Part shown: piece by piece, positions 13,295 to 26,478 of the stretch
How positions within the stretch are numbered: position 1 is the stretch's first letter
Layout of the letters: each line of letters opens with the position of its first letter
Source of the DNA: Callorhinchus milii
Taxonomy: Eukaryota
Length of the DNA: 64,000 bases
Assembly (NCBI RefSeq): GCF_018977255.1
Contig: NW_024704742.1
Coordinates: 87,484,001 to 87,548,000 of the forward strand
Direction: 5' to 3'
Program-made: the position numbers and the translations under genes
Notes under the pieces: model-generated
Told to the model about the DNA's origin: nothing
Seen by the model: the letters and a program-made list of their open reading frames with translations, nothing else
Databases searched by the model: none

Positions 13295-13540
13295 GGGGTA
13301 AAATTCCCCCTGATTTAGATTTATTTTATTAATAAAATGTAGCATCTCGGAGTATACAGAACTTTGCAAATTCTTAAAAGCAGTCTTAATTTTGAACAGT
13401 TGTTTTTCTACAGGTTATTTTAAGAGCTAAAGATAAACGGCTTCAGAATTCAGACTAAATTCAACAACTTGCCAAATTCTGGTTGCTTTAAAATGCTACA
13501 TAAATAGTGTAAATTTCGATGCGGGGGTGGAATTTTACCC
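13295..13540. mobile_element. Palindromic MITE (possibly PIF/Harbinger type)
   Basis: TIRs gggtaaaattcc / ggaattttaccc, plus internal inverted matches (atgtagcat; cagaa.tt.gcaa). Confidence 0.65.
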
Positions 13541-14950
13541 ATGTGTTTGTGTTCGCCTTCCAAATGCCTGTTGTGTGAGGAGTACTTCAAAAACAAATAG
13601 AGCCCTAGCCTCTTATTTTCCAACACCATTTATAGAAGTCATTTGTCTCCTATAAAAAGGGTTTGAGTTCTGAACTTACCTTCTGTGCATGATGAGTGAA
13701 GACTTCGAACTCAGCATGTGAAGTGTTTTTTTACGATTGGTTTGTAATTTAATTTTTTATGTATATATCAACCTAACCTGAGCCATTAGTATGTACTGCA
13801 GCTTAGAAAAACACTCTGCTGTGTCATACAATTCCTGGCCACGTGTTTCTCTCTTTCCTCCCACCCCCGACAGTCGATGGTTGTAGGAAACGAGTCAAGC
13901 ATGCAAATTAGTTTCCTTTAGTGTGAGCACTCTGGTTACCTGCAGCTTTCTGCCTTTCATAGACTGCAAGGTGCAACTATAGAAGCGATTTTTTTTGTAA
14001 AAATACAATAACCACCGTTGGTTTGCAGGTAATATACTTAAAATCATTGTTTATTGCTTGTACAACAAACAGGCAATTTTAAACTGCGTTGTAAATTTTA
14101 TCTGCATCAGAATTTTATCTGCACCTGTATCCGTTGTCGCAGCAGTAACTTTGTTTAAATACTGACGTTTTGTTGGACAAGGGGCATGTAAAAAAAGTTA
14201 AGAATTGTGTAACTTTCACGTATCCGGAAATTGGAATGAAGCTCGTATCAGATGATGCCATGGGCAAGTCAGCATTTCCATACAGTGTACAATGCTTTTT
14301 CAGTTTAGGTTCTCTACAGATCTTTTTTTTAGTGCCGAGGTTTCATGTTGCACTTGAAACCGAGTATTTTCCCAGGGGAAAAAAGTGGCACCTTAAAGTA
14401 CAATGATGAATGGAAGGGCTTTCTATACCTGGTTGGGTTTCTTTAAAGGCTGTTCAGGAGCGGGTGGGAGGTTTGGAAATGATTTGCGTACACTGTGCTA
14501 TATTTTGGTCCTTGTCGTGCATAAGCATTGGGTTTGGTAAAGAGAAATCACAGGTAGGCTTAACCTACTGGGAGAAATAGAATGTTCTGTGTGTAGATTT
14601 TTTTTAATAGCACATTAACATTCCCAAGAACCAGTGAAAGGGAAAATTAAAGCTGGGCATAGAACACCACAGTGTTTATCGGTTTCCTCTGGGTTCAGAG
14701 CAGTGTTCATAATTTTGTAGTATAACCCAACTTCTCCTCATGCAGGATTTTAACAAGGTAAAACTGACAGTTTTCCAAATGCTGCACTGTTCAACCAAAT
14801 TTGAGTTCCTTTGGCTTGTTGGTGCATTAAATGATGATTAACGGTCGGTTGAGGTAATTCGTGGCAGCATTGGTAGATCTAAACTTGTGAAGAATTTGAA
14901 GAAGCAATTGTGATAGACTGAACAAGTTGAATGTGGATTTAACTACAGTT

Positions 14951-15271
14951 AATAATAATAATAATAATAATCCTTGCATTTGATATAGCGCTTTTCACGT
15001 CGGGAGGATGTCCCAAAGCGCTTCACAGAACACACTGTAAAGTGAATTGACTACATTTGTGGGCGAACGCGGCAGCCAATTGCGCACAGCAATGTCCCAC
15101 AAACAGTCGTAGATTGAAAGTGACCAATTTATTATTGTTTTTGGTTTTTGGAGGGATTATTATTAGGCGTGTGGAGTAAGGAAACTTGCCCAAGGTTTCG
15201 CCCTGCCTGGAATTGAACTCAGGTCTCTCACTTGCAAAGCGAGTGCTCTAACCACTGAGCTACAGGACTCC
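14951..15271 (-). mobile_element. Full-length tRNA-Ala-derived SINE (short subfamily)
   Basis: Head ggagtcctgtagctcagtggttagagc..ttgcaa..gagttcaattcc (A/B boxes, TGC anticodon loop), L2 stem-loop, (tta)n tail, TSD CAGTT. Confidence 0.95.
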
Positions 15272-16668
15272 AGTTCTGTATTGGGCTCACTGTGTTTACT
15301 GAAGTATTTCCTGACAACAGTATTTTCCCCTCAGCACCTTACTGTCTGAAATTAACATTATTTAAAAAAAAAGTGATAGCCTGTTATACTTCTATTTCTC
15401 AGTTAATGGAAGCCAGGCCTGGATTTGGAAGAATATGAATTTGTTTCTGCACAGTTTGTGCCAAGCCTTTAGATGGTGGACAAGACAGTTGATGAGCTAG
15501 TTGCAATGATTTCTCTCACAAAGAGAATGCCCATTGTGGCCGTGAGTTATGATGTGAAGGCTTGGAGGCATTTGGTTGTCTTTGGGGTAAAGTGGTCTTG
15601 TGTTAATCATTGGAGTTGTTGCCAGACGTAAATTTGGCTTTGGTGTAAAGCAGTCCTCTAAGGCTGTTGAAGAGGGAGAAGGAGTCTTCCCCTTTTTCTT
15701 CCTCTTTCTCTTGGTCTGACAAAATAGTCTGAGGGAATTAGGAAAACTGTTCTACAATGTGGCTGTCTCAAAAATTAACTCTGCTCTAAATAAAGGTGAA
15801 ATTAAATTTTTAGGCTGGAATATCAGAGAAGGTTTATTTGATCTTGCATTCATTGATTCCTCCCCCCCAAAACACACACACATACACACACACACTGACA
15901 TTTTGTTGAAGTGTCAAGACCCACATTGCGAATGGTGCCGGAGGTCGAATTGAAGTTGTGGATTAGTGGCTACGTGGTGTCAAGCCTGGGTTTTTCAAAA
16001 CCTGTTTATTAAAGGAAGGAAAGGAGTTTCCCACTTCTGAGAGCGGGCAGCTGCGATGAGTTTTACTTTCAACACTGAGAATACAAGGGACGAAAACAAG
16101 CATACATTTGGAGCTCAGACAAAGTCATGACCGTTGTGCTATCGATTTAAATAGAAAGGTAGTACTTGACTGAGGGGGAAGAGGAGAGGAAGTGGATACA
16201 GGTGAGCGAAGGCTCACATATCGGATGACTTGCCTTTTCCTTCTATCAGGGAGTGTAAGTGAAGCGCGGGGAGAGACAACATAGCTGCAACCAATTGCTG
16301 CATTGACTGATCTCAAATGGTGGCTGCCCCAGTGAGTAATTTTGTAAAACTAGAGCAATGCAGTATTTAACTTGTGGAGCCTCTTTTCCCCTTCCTCTCC
16401 CTCCTGCCCCAACTCTATGTGGTTTGCATTTTTAAAAAATTAACAAATACTTCTTGTCATGTGCGTTTGCAGTTCTTTTGACCAGAAATAGCTTGGAATT
16501 TGATCTGATACCCTGTTCCTTCATCTGGTGGATATTTTTTATGGGATCTGTTGCACTCTGTTAAAATTATAACCTGTTAGTATTCTGACATGACATAAGA
16601 ATTCTTTGGGATAGAAAGTTGGTTTTAAAGCCAGTGAGAGTTTACATCAATACTTTAGGCATGTTCTA

Positions 16669-16965
16669 AATAATAATAATAATAATAATAATCCTTGCAT
16701 TTGATATAGCGCTTTTCACGTCGGGAGGACGTCCCAAAGTGCTTCACAGAATACACTGTAAAGTGAATTGACTGTATATTTGTGGGCAAACGCGGCAGCC
16801 AATTGCGCACAGCAATATCCCACAAACAGTCGTAGATTGAAAATGACCAATTTATTATTGTTTTTAGTTTTGGAGGGATTATTATTAGGCTCTGTGTGGA
16901 TTAAGGAAACTTGCCCAAGGTTTCGCCCTCTGCCTGGAATTGAACTCAGGTCTCTCACTTGCGAA
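16669..16965 (-). mobile_element. tRNA-Ala SINE, slightly 5'-truncated
   Basis: Near-identical to 14951-15271. Confidence 0.93.
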
Positions 16966-17510
16966 GTGATGGGGTCACGGTTACTAAAGGGAATGTATCT
17001 CCTTTTAAAGGGGTTTAGAAGGGAATATGTGTACCAGATTTGTTTTAATAGTTATCTGATCTGTTTTTAGTAGCAGTTTAGGTTTCACCAGACTTGTTTG
17101 TTTCCCAACCAAGCATCTGCGCTCATCTGTTCAGTTTCCTCATACAGCAACTTCTAGATTGGGAAGGTGGGACTCAGGGGAGAGATATGAAGCATGGGCT
17201 AGTAGGTGCCTCCCGCAAAGGACATGAAGATAAAATTAGAGGTTGCAGTACCCTGCCCAATAGCAAGAATTAACCAAGCTACCGACATTGAATCAGAAAT
17301 TTACCGTGCAGCTGGAGGACATTTTGACCGTTAAGCCTGCACTGGCTCTTAGACCCAACTGCACTTTCAATCCCACTGTCCTGTTGAGCACCAGCACAAG
17401 AAACAGCATCCCCTTGTGACAAGGGAGGACCGATACCTAACTAGCAATTCCAGATAACTCTTCAATGAATCCTTTTTCCCTTGGAGTGATGAGTTATCCA
17501 GAGTTTATTG

Positions 17511-17680
17511 TACAGGGTGCCCAAAAAGTCGTAATACCATTACAATGTCTGATAAGTCTTAAATACATAATATGTTTTTAGATCATAGAGAAGCTGATAA
17601 ATAAGTCTGTTTGCCCCCCCCCTAAATATGAAGGTTAGAGGCTCGAACAGATATGAGGATAGGCTGTTCATCTGAGCATG
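17511..17680 (+). mobile_element. Tc1/mariner-like terminal fragment
   Basis: TA-CAGGGTGCCCAAAAAGTC start typical of Tc1/mariner TIRs; no partner end found. Confidence 0.4.
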
Positions 17681-17984
17681 CATACCCAAACTTCACTGTA
17701 GCCTGAACCAGTCACAGTATAGGGTGGGAGATATCTGCAATGTATGATACAATCTTGTAGGACGAGTTATCCAATCAATTTTACATTCTAAATACTTACA
17801 GGAATTTCTAGAACGCGACTAGTTATGCGATAAGTGGGGTGACAAGTAAACTAGAGTCCCTTATTAACATTTTGCATGGGGAGCAGCTGGGGTATTGACA
17901 GCATGGCAACTTCAGTGGTAGTAACTAATAAATACAGGTTGAGTTATTTGGAGTTTACTGTAACTGTACCTGTCTACTTCCCTC

Positions 17985-18185
17985 TTGGACCCCACAATGG
18001 ACACTGCCTCTACCACCTTACTTGGCAGGGCATTCCACATCCCAACATCTCAGAGTGAAAAAAAATTCCAATTTCTCCTTTCACTCTTCTTGTGGCTAAC
18101 TTATAACTATGTCTCATAGTCACTGACTCCCCTGCTAGTGAAAATTGCTCCTGCCTATTCACCCTGTCAAAACATCTTATTTTGT
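17985..18185 (-). mobile_element. Decayed CR1 3' fragment
   Basis: ggcagggcattccacatccc..gtgaaaaaaattcc, parallel to 6360-6520. Confidence 0.6.
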
Positions 18186-18822
18186 ACGTCAGGGTCTTCG
18201 ATGTGTCTTTGGTTGACAGGAATTGAAATATAAGGAACTATTTACTTTTGAGACTTAGATTTAAGTCTCAAATAGATTACCGTATAAAACCAAGAAACTC
18301 ATTTCTAAACAAGTGACATTTGATCTGTCTACACCAACCAGTTGATGATGCTAGTACTTTTGACCAGGAATGGGAGAAAATATGTTTAACTTTTAATAGA
18401 AGGAAGGAAAGAGAAATTTGGTTACTGCAGTAAGAGATTGGCTTTTGCTCCAATGTGCACTATTATCCTATCTGTGAAATTAAGAGTTCTCAGTAAATAG
18501 AATTTTCCATGACCAGCTTTTCAAATTAGAAATATGACTGGGATCTAAATCAAAGTTAACTTGACTCCTTCTCCACTTGGTTCCAAATGGGGACAGGAGA
18601 AGCTACTCCTTCCATTAAGTATGTCATATAGACCCACAGTAACTTTACTCCGGTACAATCTTACTGTGGAGTAGAGGTCCTGCAGGCCATGGTGGTGTAC
18701 TGATGATAAGCTAAAAGAGGCTTTATTTGTCAATCTGTAAAGAATCCTGATAATTTTTTAGAGTTTTTTTAAAATTGGATTCCTAAAATGTGTTGCTATT
18801 TTTGCGTATTCAAAAGGGAATC

Positions 18823-18966
18823 GGATATTTATTGGAAAAGAAAAACATTTGCAGAGCTATGGAGAAATAGGGAGAGTGCAGGACTAGTTGATAGCTCTTT
18901 CAAAGAGCCGGCACTAGCATGGAAGACTGAACGGCCTCCTTCTGTGCCATAGGATTTTGTGATTCT
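18823..18966 (+). mobile_element. CR1 3' tail
   Basis: gagccggcac..ctgaacggcctccttctgtgcc..gattct tail. Confidence 0.75.
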
Positions 18967-19364
18967 TTTGGAAAAGAGTTTTTTGTACATTTGAAAAGTA
19001 CTATTTTCTGGGGATGGGGTGATGTAAGATTTGTGCACTCTCCTTTCAGCTCTGGGACCCGGTTCAACTTGAGCCCAGATTTTTGGTACAAAAATCTCTC
19101 TGCTGTTTCCAATACAAAAGATGCTCTAATGTAGCAGAAATTGGCTCTAAATTGCCAATTATATTGAACATTACACCATGGGAAGGGTTGTGTGCAGACA
19201 CAATTTTACAGAAGAATTAGAAGATCTTGCTATATGTGATCTCAAAGGGAAAGATTTTCCATCACTTAATTTGCCTTGATAGGGCCAAGATTTGCTCCAA
19301 AAAAAATTCTGTATCACAATTTGATGCAGAGTTATCTCTAAAACAACTAGCTGTACAGGAAAGA

Positions 19365-19788
19365 AATAATAATAATCCTTGCATTTGAAGTAACGCCTTA
19401 TCACGTTGTTGATGTCTCAAAGCGCTTCACAGAATATACTGTAAAGTGGAGTGACTGTATTTTGTGGGCGAACGCGACAGTCAGTTTAAGCACAGCAATG
19501 TCCCACAAACAGTCGTGGAGTGAGTATCCAATTTTATTTGGGGGATTTGTTGGCCAGGACACTGGGAGAAACTCCCATCTCTTTTCGAAAGTGCATGGGA
19601 TCTTTGACGTCCACCTGAACAGGCAGACGGGACCTCGGTTTTCGTCTCCTCTGAAGGACGCCACCTCCAATCCCCAGCACTGCATTGGAGTGTCATATTA
19701 GACTGTGACTCTCAAGTCCCGACATGGGGCTTGAACCCACAACCTTCTGACTCGGAGGCAAGCGTGCTACTACTGAACCAGGCTGACC
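19365..19788 (-). mobile_element. Full-length tRNA-headed Deu-domain SINE
   Basis: Head with A box and B box (ggttcaagccc). Core aaaccgaggtcccgtctgcctgttcaggtggacgtcaaagatcccatg..tgtcctggccaac as recalled for DeuSINEs (AmnSINE1/SacSINE1). L2-type tail. Confidence 0.88.
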
Positions 19789-20373
19789 ACATGTAATGGA
19801 TAAATTCTAACCAGAAGCCATTGGAAACTATGTTGGTCCAGGTTCATTAGTATCTGCCTGTTTTCTCGTTCTTCTCATAATACTTTTTGATTTTTAATTG
19901 GCTATCATAAAATAGTTATCACAAACATATGAACATCCTAACCATTCCTTGTGTATTTCCATTCTGTTTTATGCCTTTTTCCCCGAGGTTACATCACCTT
20001 AAAGCAATGACCACTCTTGAGGTTAGATACCCATTCCCTAGTTTGAGTTAATCTGTTAATCCTCTTTGTGACCAGCAGTCCACCTAAATCCTATTCTATC
20101 TCATCCTTGCCTTAGTGCTATCTTTTGTTGTGTGAAGGATAAGTATGACATTTCTACAATCCTCTATCTCATACTTTATCCTCTTCATCTCTCTTACTTT
20201 GTTTGCTTGTTCTTTGCTTTTCAAGTTCTTGCCATTCCTCCTTTTTGTTTTTGTAAAGCCACCTAACCAGACTTGGTTAGCTGGAGAATTGGGTGTAAAG
20301 GGCTCCACTCTAATATTGTAGTTCAACTCCCATGACCCTGCCCCAGCTTTGATTTAGTTACCAGAAGATAGTT

Positions 20374-20512
20374 AATACAATGCAAAGTACTACAGATGCT
20401 GGAAATGTGGTATAAACACAAATTTGCTGGGAACACGCAGCAGGTCAGGCAGCATCTATGGAGAGAGGAAAATGAGTTAAAGTTTCAGGTCGATGATCTT
20501 TCGTCAGAACCT
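20374..20512 (-). mobile_element. Penelope-like element terminal fragment with hammerhead motif
   Basis: cagatgctggaaat..cagcaggtcaggcagcatct..gtttcaggtcgatga..tcgtcagaac; the minus strand reads CTGACGA-stem-GAAA. Confidence 0.7.
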
Positions 20513-21801
20513 TCGCCAATTTAGCCTCCCGTTATCCCATTTGAGCTATTGAACTCCTGGTCTGTACGCTGCAGCTCCATCCATTACACCACTCAGACCT
20601 CGTCTCTGCACTTCCAAGGCTGGGCTGGTGGGGGAGGAATACCAGCCCATACATTTTACATGGTTGCACTGGAGCTGCTCGCAACAGAGAAACAATGGGG
20701 TATTAAGTGCATCTTTGAGCATTAAGTATTAAAATCATGATCCACTGGATAAAGCAAAAGTTAATGGTCTATTGGTTAGTGCAATAGTAATTTTAGACTC
20801 TTGAAATTATTGTGCTAAGATTGCTCTGTTAATTATATTTCGAATGTTAAAATACCTTTTTTTTGGTAGTACTTCATAATTTTAACTTCTTCAACTTTTA
20901 TAACATTTGCCTACAATACATCATTTGTGTATCATGTGACGCGCTTTGAGACATTGTCTCGATGTGAAAGATGCTTTATTAAATTCATGAACTATTATTA
21001 TTAAAATTATTATTGTTATTCTACTGCTTAGGTAAGTTCTTTCAACTTTCAGAAAGTGCATGCATTTCCTTCTGATTGTTAAATTACAGCAAATGGCTGA
21101 GAATTTTTTCTCCCCAAAAAGTAAAGTTTATACAATGGTTATGCAATCACTCTGTGTTTGGCACAAATAAGTTATTTTTGTCCTAAAGTGTTGCTGCAGT
21201 TCCTTCATCATACATCAATCATCCAAACAGTAATTCCTTGAAATGCACTTTTAAGGCCTACCAAAGGACCATACATGGGAAAACTCGTACCATTTCACTT
21301 AAGTCTACTCCTGTTTCCATTAGAGAAACAAAAAAAGAGTCACTGGAACAAGGACAAGTTGGTAACACACTGAGATCAGAATACATTGATTGTTTTCAAC
21401 AGGATTTTGACACTGTAACTAGATGTGAATTTTCCTTAGTACAATAACACTTGGACTATGAAAACACTCCGCATACTGTTGCATACGCTGTCCTTTCAAA
21501 CCTGTATGTAATTTAGGCCGACCCTCTTTGCCCCAGCCATCCCCCCCCCAGTTTAGCGAGTGTTTGCTCATAGCATTTTTGTCTGTGGACACCCACTGGA
21601 CCGCTTTGTGTACATGTATTTCATATTATTGGTGACCTGACGACACCACATGCAGTGACCGTTGACCTTTTTTTTTAACATGCCGACTTCTATCGTGAGG
21701 TCAGACACAAACACAAATGCCCAGTTGTTGTTGTGTTATATCAGATTTGTCCTGTGTTGGTCATGGTGGAATAAAAATCTTGGATACAAGAAGCATTTTC
21801 A

Positions 21802-22275
21802 GGATGTTCTGTAGCTCAGTGGAAAGACCTTTCTTTTCAACCCCGCCTTTGGCACTTTCACTGTAAAGCGCTCTGAGACGCCGTCCGGCATGGAGGGCGA
21901 TACATAAATCCAAGATGGTGGTGTTGTTGGTTAGAGCACTCGTCTAGCAAGTGAGAGACCTGGGTTCTATTCCCAGCAGGGCGAAATGTTGGGCAAGTTT
22001 CCTTACTCCACACACCTAGCAGTAAGTATGAACTGGGTTGTTAGTCGATTGGCGGATTGCTTTTCCGGGGATTATAATCCCTTAAAAAAAAGGAATAATT
22101 TGGTTACTCAATCCACAACTGTTTGTGGGGCACTGCTGTGTGCAACTGGCTGCCGTGTTTGCCCACAAATATACAGTCAATTCACTTTACAGTGTATTCT
22201 ACGAAGCTCTTTGAGACATCTGGAAGACATGAAAAGTGCTATATCAAATGCAAGGATTATTATCATCATTATTAT
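21802..22275 (+). mobile_element. tRNA-Ala SINE (long subfamily) with an L2 3' fragment inserted at 21823-21930
   Basis: The head tagctcagtgg|ttagagc is split by an L2 tail. Carries the extra cctagcagtaag..gttagtcgatt segment. Confidence 0.88.
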
Positions 22276-23332
22276 TTTGGCAAATTTGGAATGGCTGAAT
22301 TTCTTTTCCCCCCACAGGGACCTCCACATATTGGTATTGATTGATGTGCTAAGCAACCCGTGTCATAAAATTGATATAACTCGTATGACATTTCAAAATT
22401 CAATAATAATAATCCTTCCATTTGATATAGCACTTCATCACATTTTTCTGTGTTTTTTTCTGGTTTATGTGAGAAATCCAATTAATTTCATTCTGGACCA
22501 TCAATCTAAACTCAATGTTGCCTCTCTCGACACCTATGCTTAACTGATGAGGTAAACGGCTAGGGATCCAGTTAAGAGTGTGTGTTTGGTCTAAGAAATG
22601 CTGGTAGCTGATTTTACAGACAGAAAAGTGAGTAGTATTGTTTAATTGCGCAGTCTCGCCATTCAGATGCTACTCAATGCGGAACAGCTGCACATTTGGT
22701 GCAAAATCAAATGTTATGTAAACAGGCTATTGGCAAAGCCTGAAGAATGCTTTTTATCACTTTCAGTTCTGTTTGCCAGTCTCATTACTCCTGCCTTTCA
22801 GTTATGTCTATTTAAAGAAAATAATGATGCATGTTCGCACGTATTCTCCTCTCTCAAATCTGAACTTTTGCTTCTCTTTCTTGCACTTAACAAAAACAAT
22901 AATTTGCATTTATGTAGCACCCTTCACGCCGGATAGCATCCTGGAGCACTTAACAGTGGCTTATACCACTCCCGCAGTTTACTATGTGATCTGATGGGAT
23001 AGAGCCTCATCTTGTATTTGGATTTGTGTATCAGTTGCCCTCGCATCTAATCGAGAGTTGCTGAAGACTCGTCATGTGCTTTTTGTTTTGAGCGGTTGCC
23101 TGTAAGCCATGCAAAAATGCTGACATTTAAAGCTTTAGGAGTGTAGAGTTGTCATACCAAAAATGCTAGGGAGTGGCTTCAAATCTCCTTAAAAATATAG
23201 CTTTGGAAATTCATTTCACATCCATATTTGTGCCTGGAATGTCATGGTAATCCTTCTGTGGTTCAGGGCATAAGTTAATTTTATTGGGGAGCTTTTTTTT
23301 TGCTGGTTGAGGGATTGGGTTTTTGGTACATT

Positions 23333-23495
23333 TATAATCATAATAAACCTTGCATTGATATAGCGCTTTTCACATCTTCTAGACTCAAAGCACTTCACAG
23401 AATATACTGTAAAGTGAATTGACTGTATACTTATGGGCTAAACGCAGCAGTCAATTGCGCAGAGCAGTGTCCCACAAACAGTCGTGGATTAAAGT
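23333..23495 (-). mobile_element. SINE 3' half
   Basis: Shared SINE body and tail. Confidence 0.85.
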
Positions 23496-23665
23496 GTGTG
23501 GGTGGGGGGGGGGCGGCTGCGCGAGTGTGTGAGGGGGGTGCTGTGTGCATGTGGTAGTGGGGGGGATTGTGTGTGTTTGGGGGGACCTGTATATTGCTTT
23601 GATTAATCTCATGTATATGGCCAAGCAACATTATTTATAACACAACAAAAATACAAACCAGGGAG

Positions 23666-23696
<31 letters not shown>

Positions 23697-24199
23697 CACA
23701 GTATATATTATATATAACAAATGCCTTATGGTTCTGATATATTTTGGTATTCTACTTCTGTACCTGAGCATTCCAGTCGTGATTGTACTATTTAACCTGC
23801 AGTACTGGTGTTTCTGACTAGTGATCAATGGGGCAGGTTTAACTGACTGATGAACGGGTTGAATAATCATCCTGCAAAGTCGTGTGACCCAGTAAACTGC
23901 TGAAGATCATAATTGGCAGAGCCCTGGAGAAGGTTTTCCTTTCACTTCCTCCTCATATCAAATCCAGCAAATTGCAAATGAATGGGAGAGTCTAAAGTGG
24001 GAGGTAGATAGGTATGTAAATGGAGACACATGTTGTACACTTGGAGCATTGTGCAGTGGTGTGGTTGAAAGTGCATCTGCAGTTCCCTATATCTAAGTGT
24101 CTACATACTTCAGTAGGTGCAGTTTCTGTGGCAGCTACAATTCATTATAGTTTTTATTTTTACTGGCACCATTGTAGCTTCCTTTTTTTTTAGTGACTT

Positions 24200-25360
24200 G
24201 TATTCCCTCAAATTTATATGCTCCCCCACCCACTTTCTCCTCTACTTTTCCCTTTTATAGTTTTTTTAACCAGCTTCTTCCCCCAACCCACTCGTTTAAA
24301 TGTATCCTTTCAGTCCCATTTATTATAATATAATCATTATATTTGGCAAGACAGTGCCTTTCATTGTCAGAGGGAATCCCAAAGTGATTCACAGAATATG
24401 GTGTAAAATGCAATGACTGTTTTGTGGGCAGTTAACCTTTCCACTGGAACCTTGATACCTCCTCAAGTAACGACAATCCTCAGGTACAGCTCCGCCCACA
24501 CTTGTTCCAGAACTGGTGCCAGTGTCCCACTAAAAAAACCTTACTCCCGCACCATTCCCTCACTTCCACTTCACCTCCTTGATCTGCCTGCCCATGTTAC
24601 CTGTTTGTGTGTGACTGGATGTAATGTGGGAATTATCATTCTCATAGCAAGTTTCCTTACTCCACACGCCTCATAATAATCCCTCCAAAACCAAAAACAA
24701 TAATAAATTGGTCATTTTCAATCTACGACTGTTTGTGGGACATTGCTGTGCGCAATTGGCTGCCGCATTCGCCCACAAATATACAGTCAATTCACTTTAC
24801 AGTGTGTTCTGTGAAGCGCTTTGGGACGTCCTCCCGACATGAAAAGTGCTAACATCAAATGCAAGGATTATTATTATGGAGATCCTGCCCTTTAATTAAA
24901 TCTTTAATTTCTGACAGTCACCGAGAAGGACCTCCCTTGAGTACTGCCCTATGTGATTGGTTCCCATGTAGACTACAGCTACTAGTTGCTCACCCTCCAT
25001 TTCCAAGTTCTTTCCCAATCGTCTCAAAACATCCTTCTCCATGACTCCGGGGAGACAGTATAGCTTCCTGTGCTCTCGATTGTGACTGCAAACAATTCCT
25101 TTATGACTCTAATAATTTAATCTCTTGTAACATTAATCCTCTCCTTAATTTGTTCCTCCCATGAATTACAATATGTGCCACGGTGCTGTGATTAGTATGT
25201 TGGTTGTCCCCCCAGCTGGCCTCCTCCTTATCCCCACTGATGACTAGTTCATTGTACTTGTTGAAAGCACTGGTCCTTCTGGTTCTCTGATAGCACCAGG
25301 TTCTCTTGTTCTTCTGTCCCTGCCTCTGTTTGCCACCCTCCACCCTCATGACTGACTGTC
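24200..25360 (-). mobile_element. CR1 ORF1 (SGNH esterase) remnant interrupted by SINEs
   Basis: Minus-strand translation YCLPGVMEKDVLRRL..EGEQLVAVVYMGTNHIG..EVL, then EWCG..GHWHQFW on the far side of the SINE. Confidence 0.75.
24647..24878 (+). mobile_element. tRNA-Ala SINE, 5'-truncated, nested in CR1 ORF1
   Basis: Near-identical to the young SINE copies. Confidence 0.93.
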
Positions 25361-26116
25361 ACTCATCCTTTTTTTTTCTTCCTTCACTCTGATCTTTTAT
25401 GCTGCATTGATTTCATAAACACCATGATATTACTGCATTATGACAACCACATTAACTGTTTTAATCTGGTTGCACACCAATCGGTGTAGGATTTCAAGAG
25501 TGTTGTTTTCTTTATTCAACAAAATAAGTCTCCTTTCTTGGGCTGGCTTGACTAGAATTGGGCAGGACATCAGAGGGGAACTCTAATTGGCTTCATGCCT
25601 CTGGGAAAGAAAGGGAAAAAGTTGAGAATGGAGATCAAACCATAGAGCTTGATAAACTAGCAGGATAAACTTACTAAACCATTGGGGGGCTGTCATACAA
25701 TCTATAATCCCTCTTGCTGTTTTTCTTTTTCCGCTCCCCCTCCCCGACAGGGCTTGGTTAAGGACAAGCCCTCGATTACGTATTCAAGGACTTGATCAAG
25801 CTTACTACATTATCTCACTGCAACTGAGGAATGTTTCTCCTGGTGCTTGCAAGGCTTGACTAGTTGTCCTCTGTCACAAACTGCTGATTGTGGACCTTCA
25901 ACGCAGTTCTCTTTGTCCACGCCCCACTTCCATATTATGTGTTTCTGAGCATGACCATCCCAGAGGATCCATTATGTACAAGATCAGGATTTAAAACATT
26001 TTGTAAACTGAGCAATCTAGATTTGCAGGCAGAACTGCAGATAGCAGAGATGTATATTGCCTCTCAATAGATCCCTGGAGAAATAGTCTTTATTTTTTTT
26101 AAGAAATTAGGTTCAT

Positions 26117-26222
26117 TGGCTGGCTCAGTTGGTAGCACTCTCGCCTCTCGTCAGATGTCCTGGCCAACAATCCCCCAAACTCAAAAATTGGTCTTTTACC
26201 ACAGGCTGTTTGTGGGCCATTG
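26117..26222 (+). mobile_element. Deu-SINE with internal deletion
   Basis: Head ggctcagttggtagcactctcgcctct joined directly to tgtcctggccaacaatccc. Confidence 0.7.
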
Positions 26223-26478
26223 ACCTACCATTATCTGGCTTGCCGAGATCAAAGAAAAAGTTGCAATGGTAATTCACGCATGTATGATCATCTTGATGTT
26301 CCCGCAATGCTTGTTTGAAGTTGTCACACACTGATTTGCCGGGCACTTTATGTGATTGAGATTGAATTCCAAGTTATGGAAGCAACGGTGTATCCGACTC
26401 TGTTCCAGAGCTGGGGAAAACCAGCGATTCACAATAAAGAGATTTTTTTCGGAGACAAACTTAGTGTCAAAGCAATAT

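Noticed and set aside
15195..15271. tRNA-Ala-like sequence (also ~38670-38745, ~42185-42263)
   Set aside because: These are SINE heads: the acceptor stem does not pair, and they run into a repeat body and tail.
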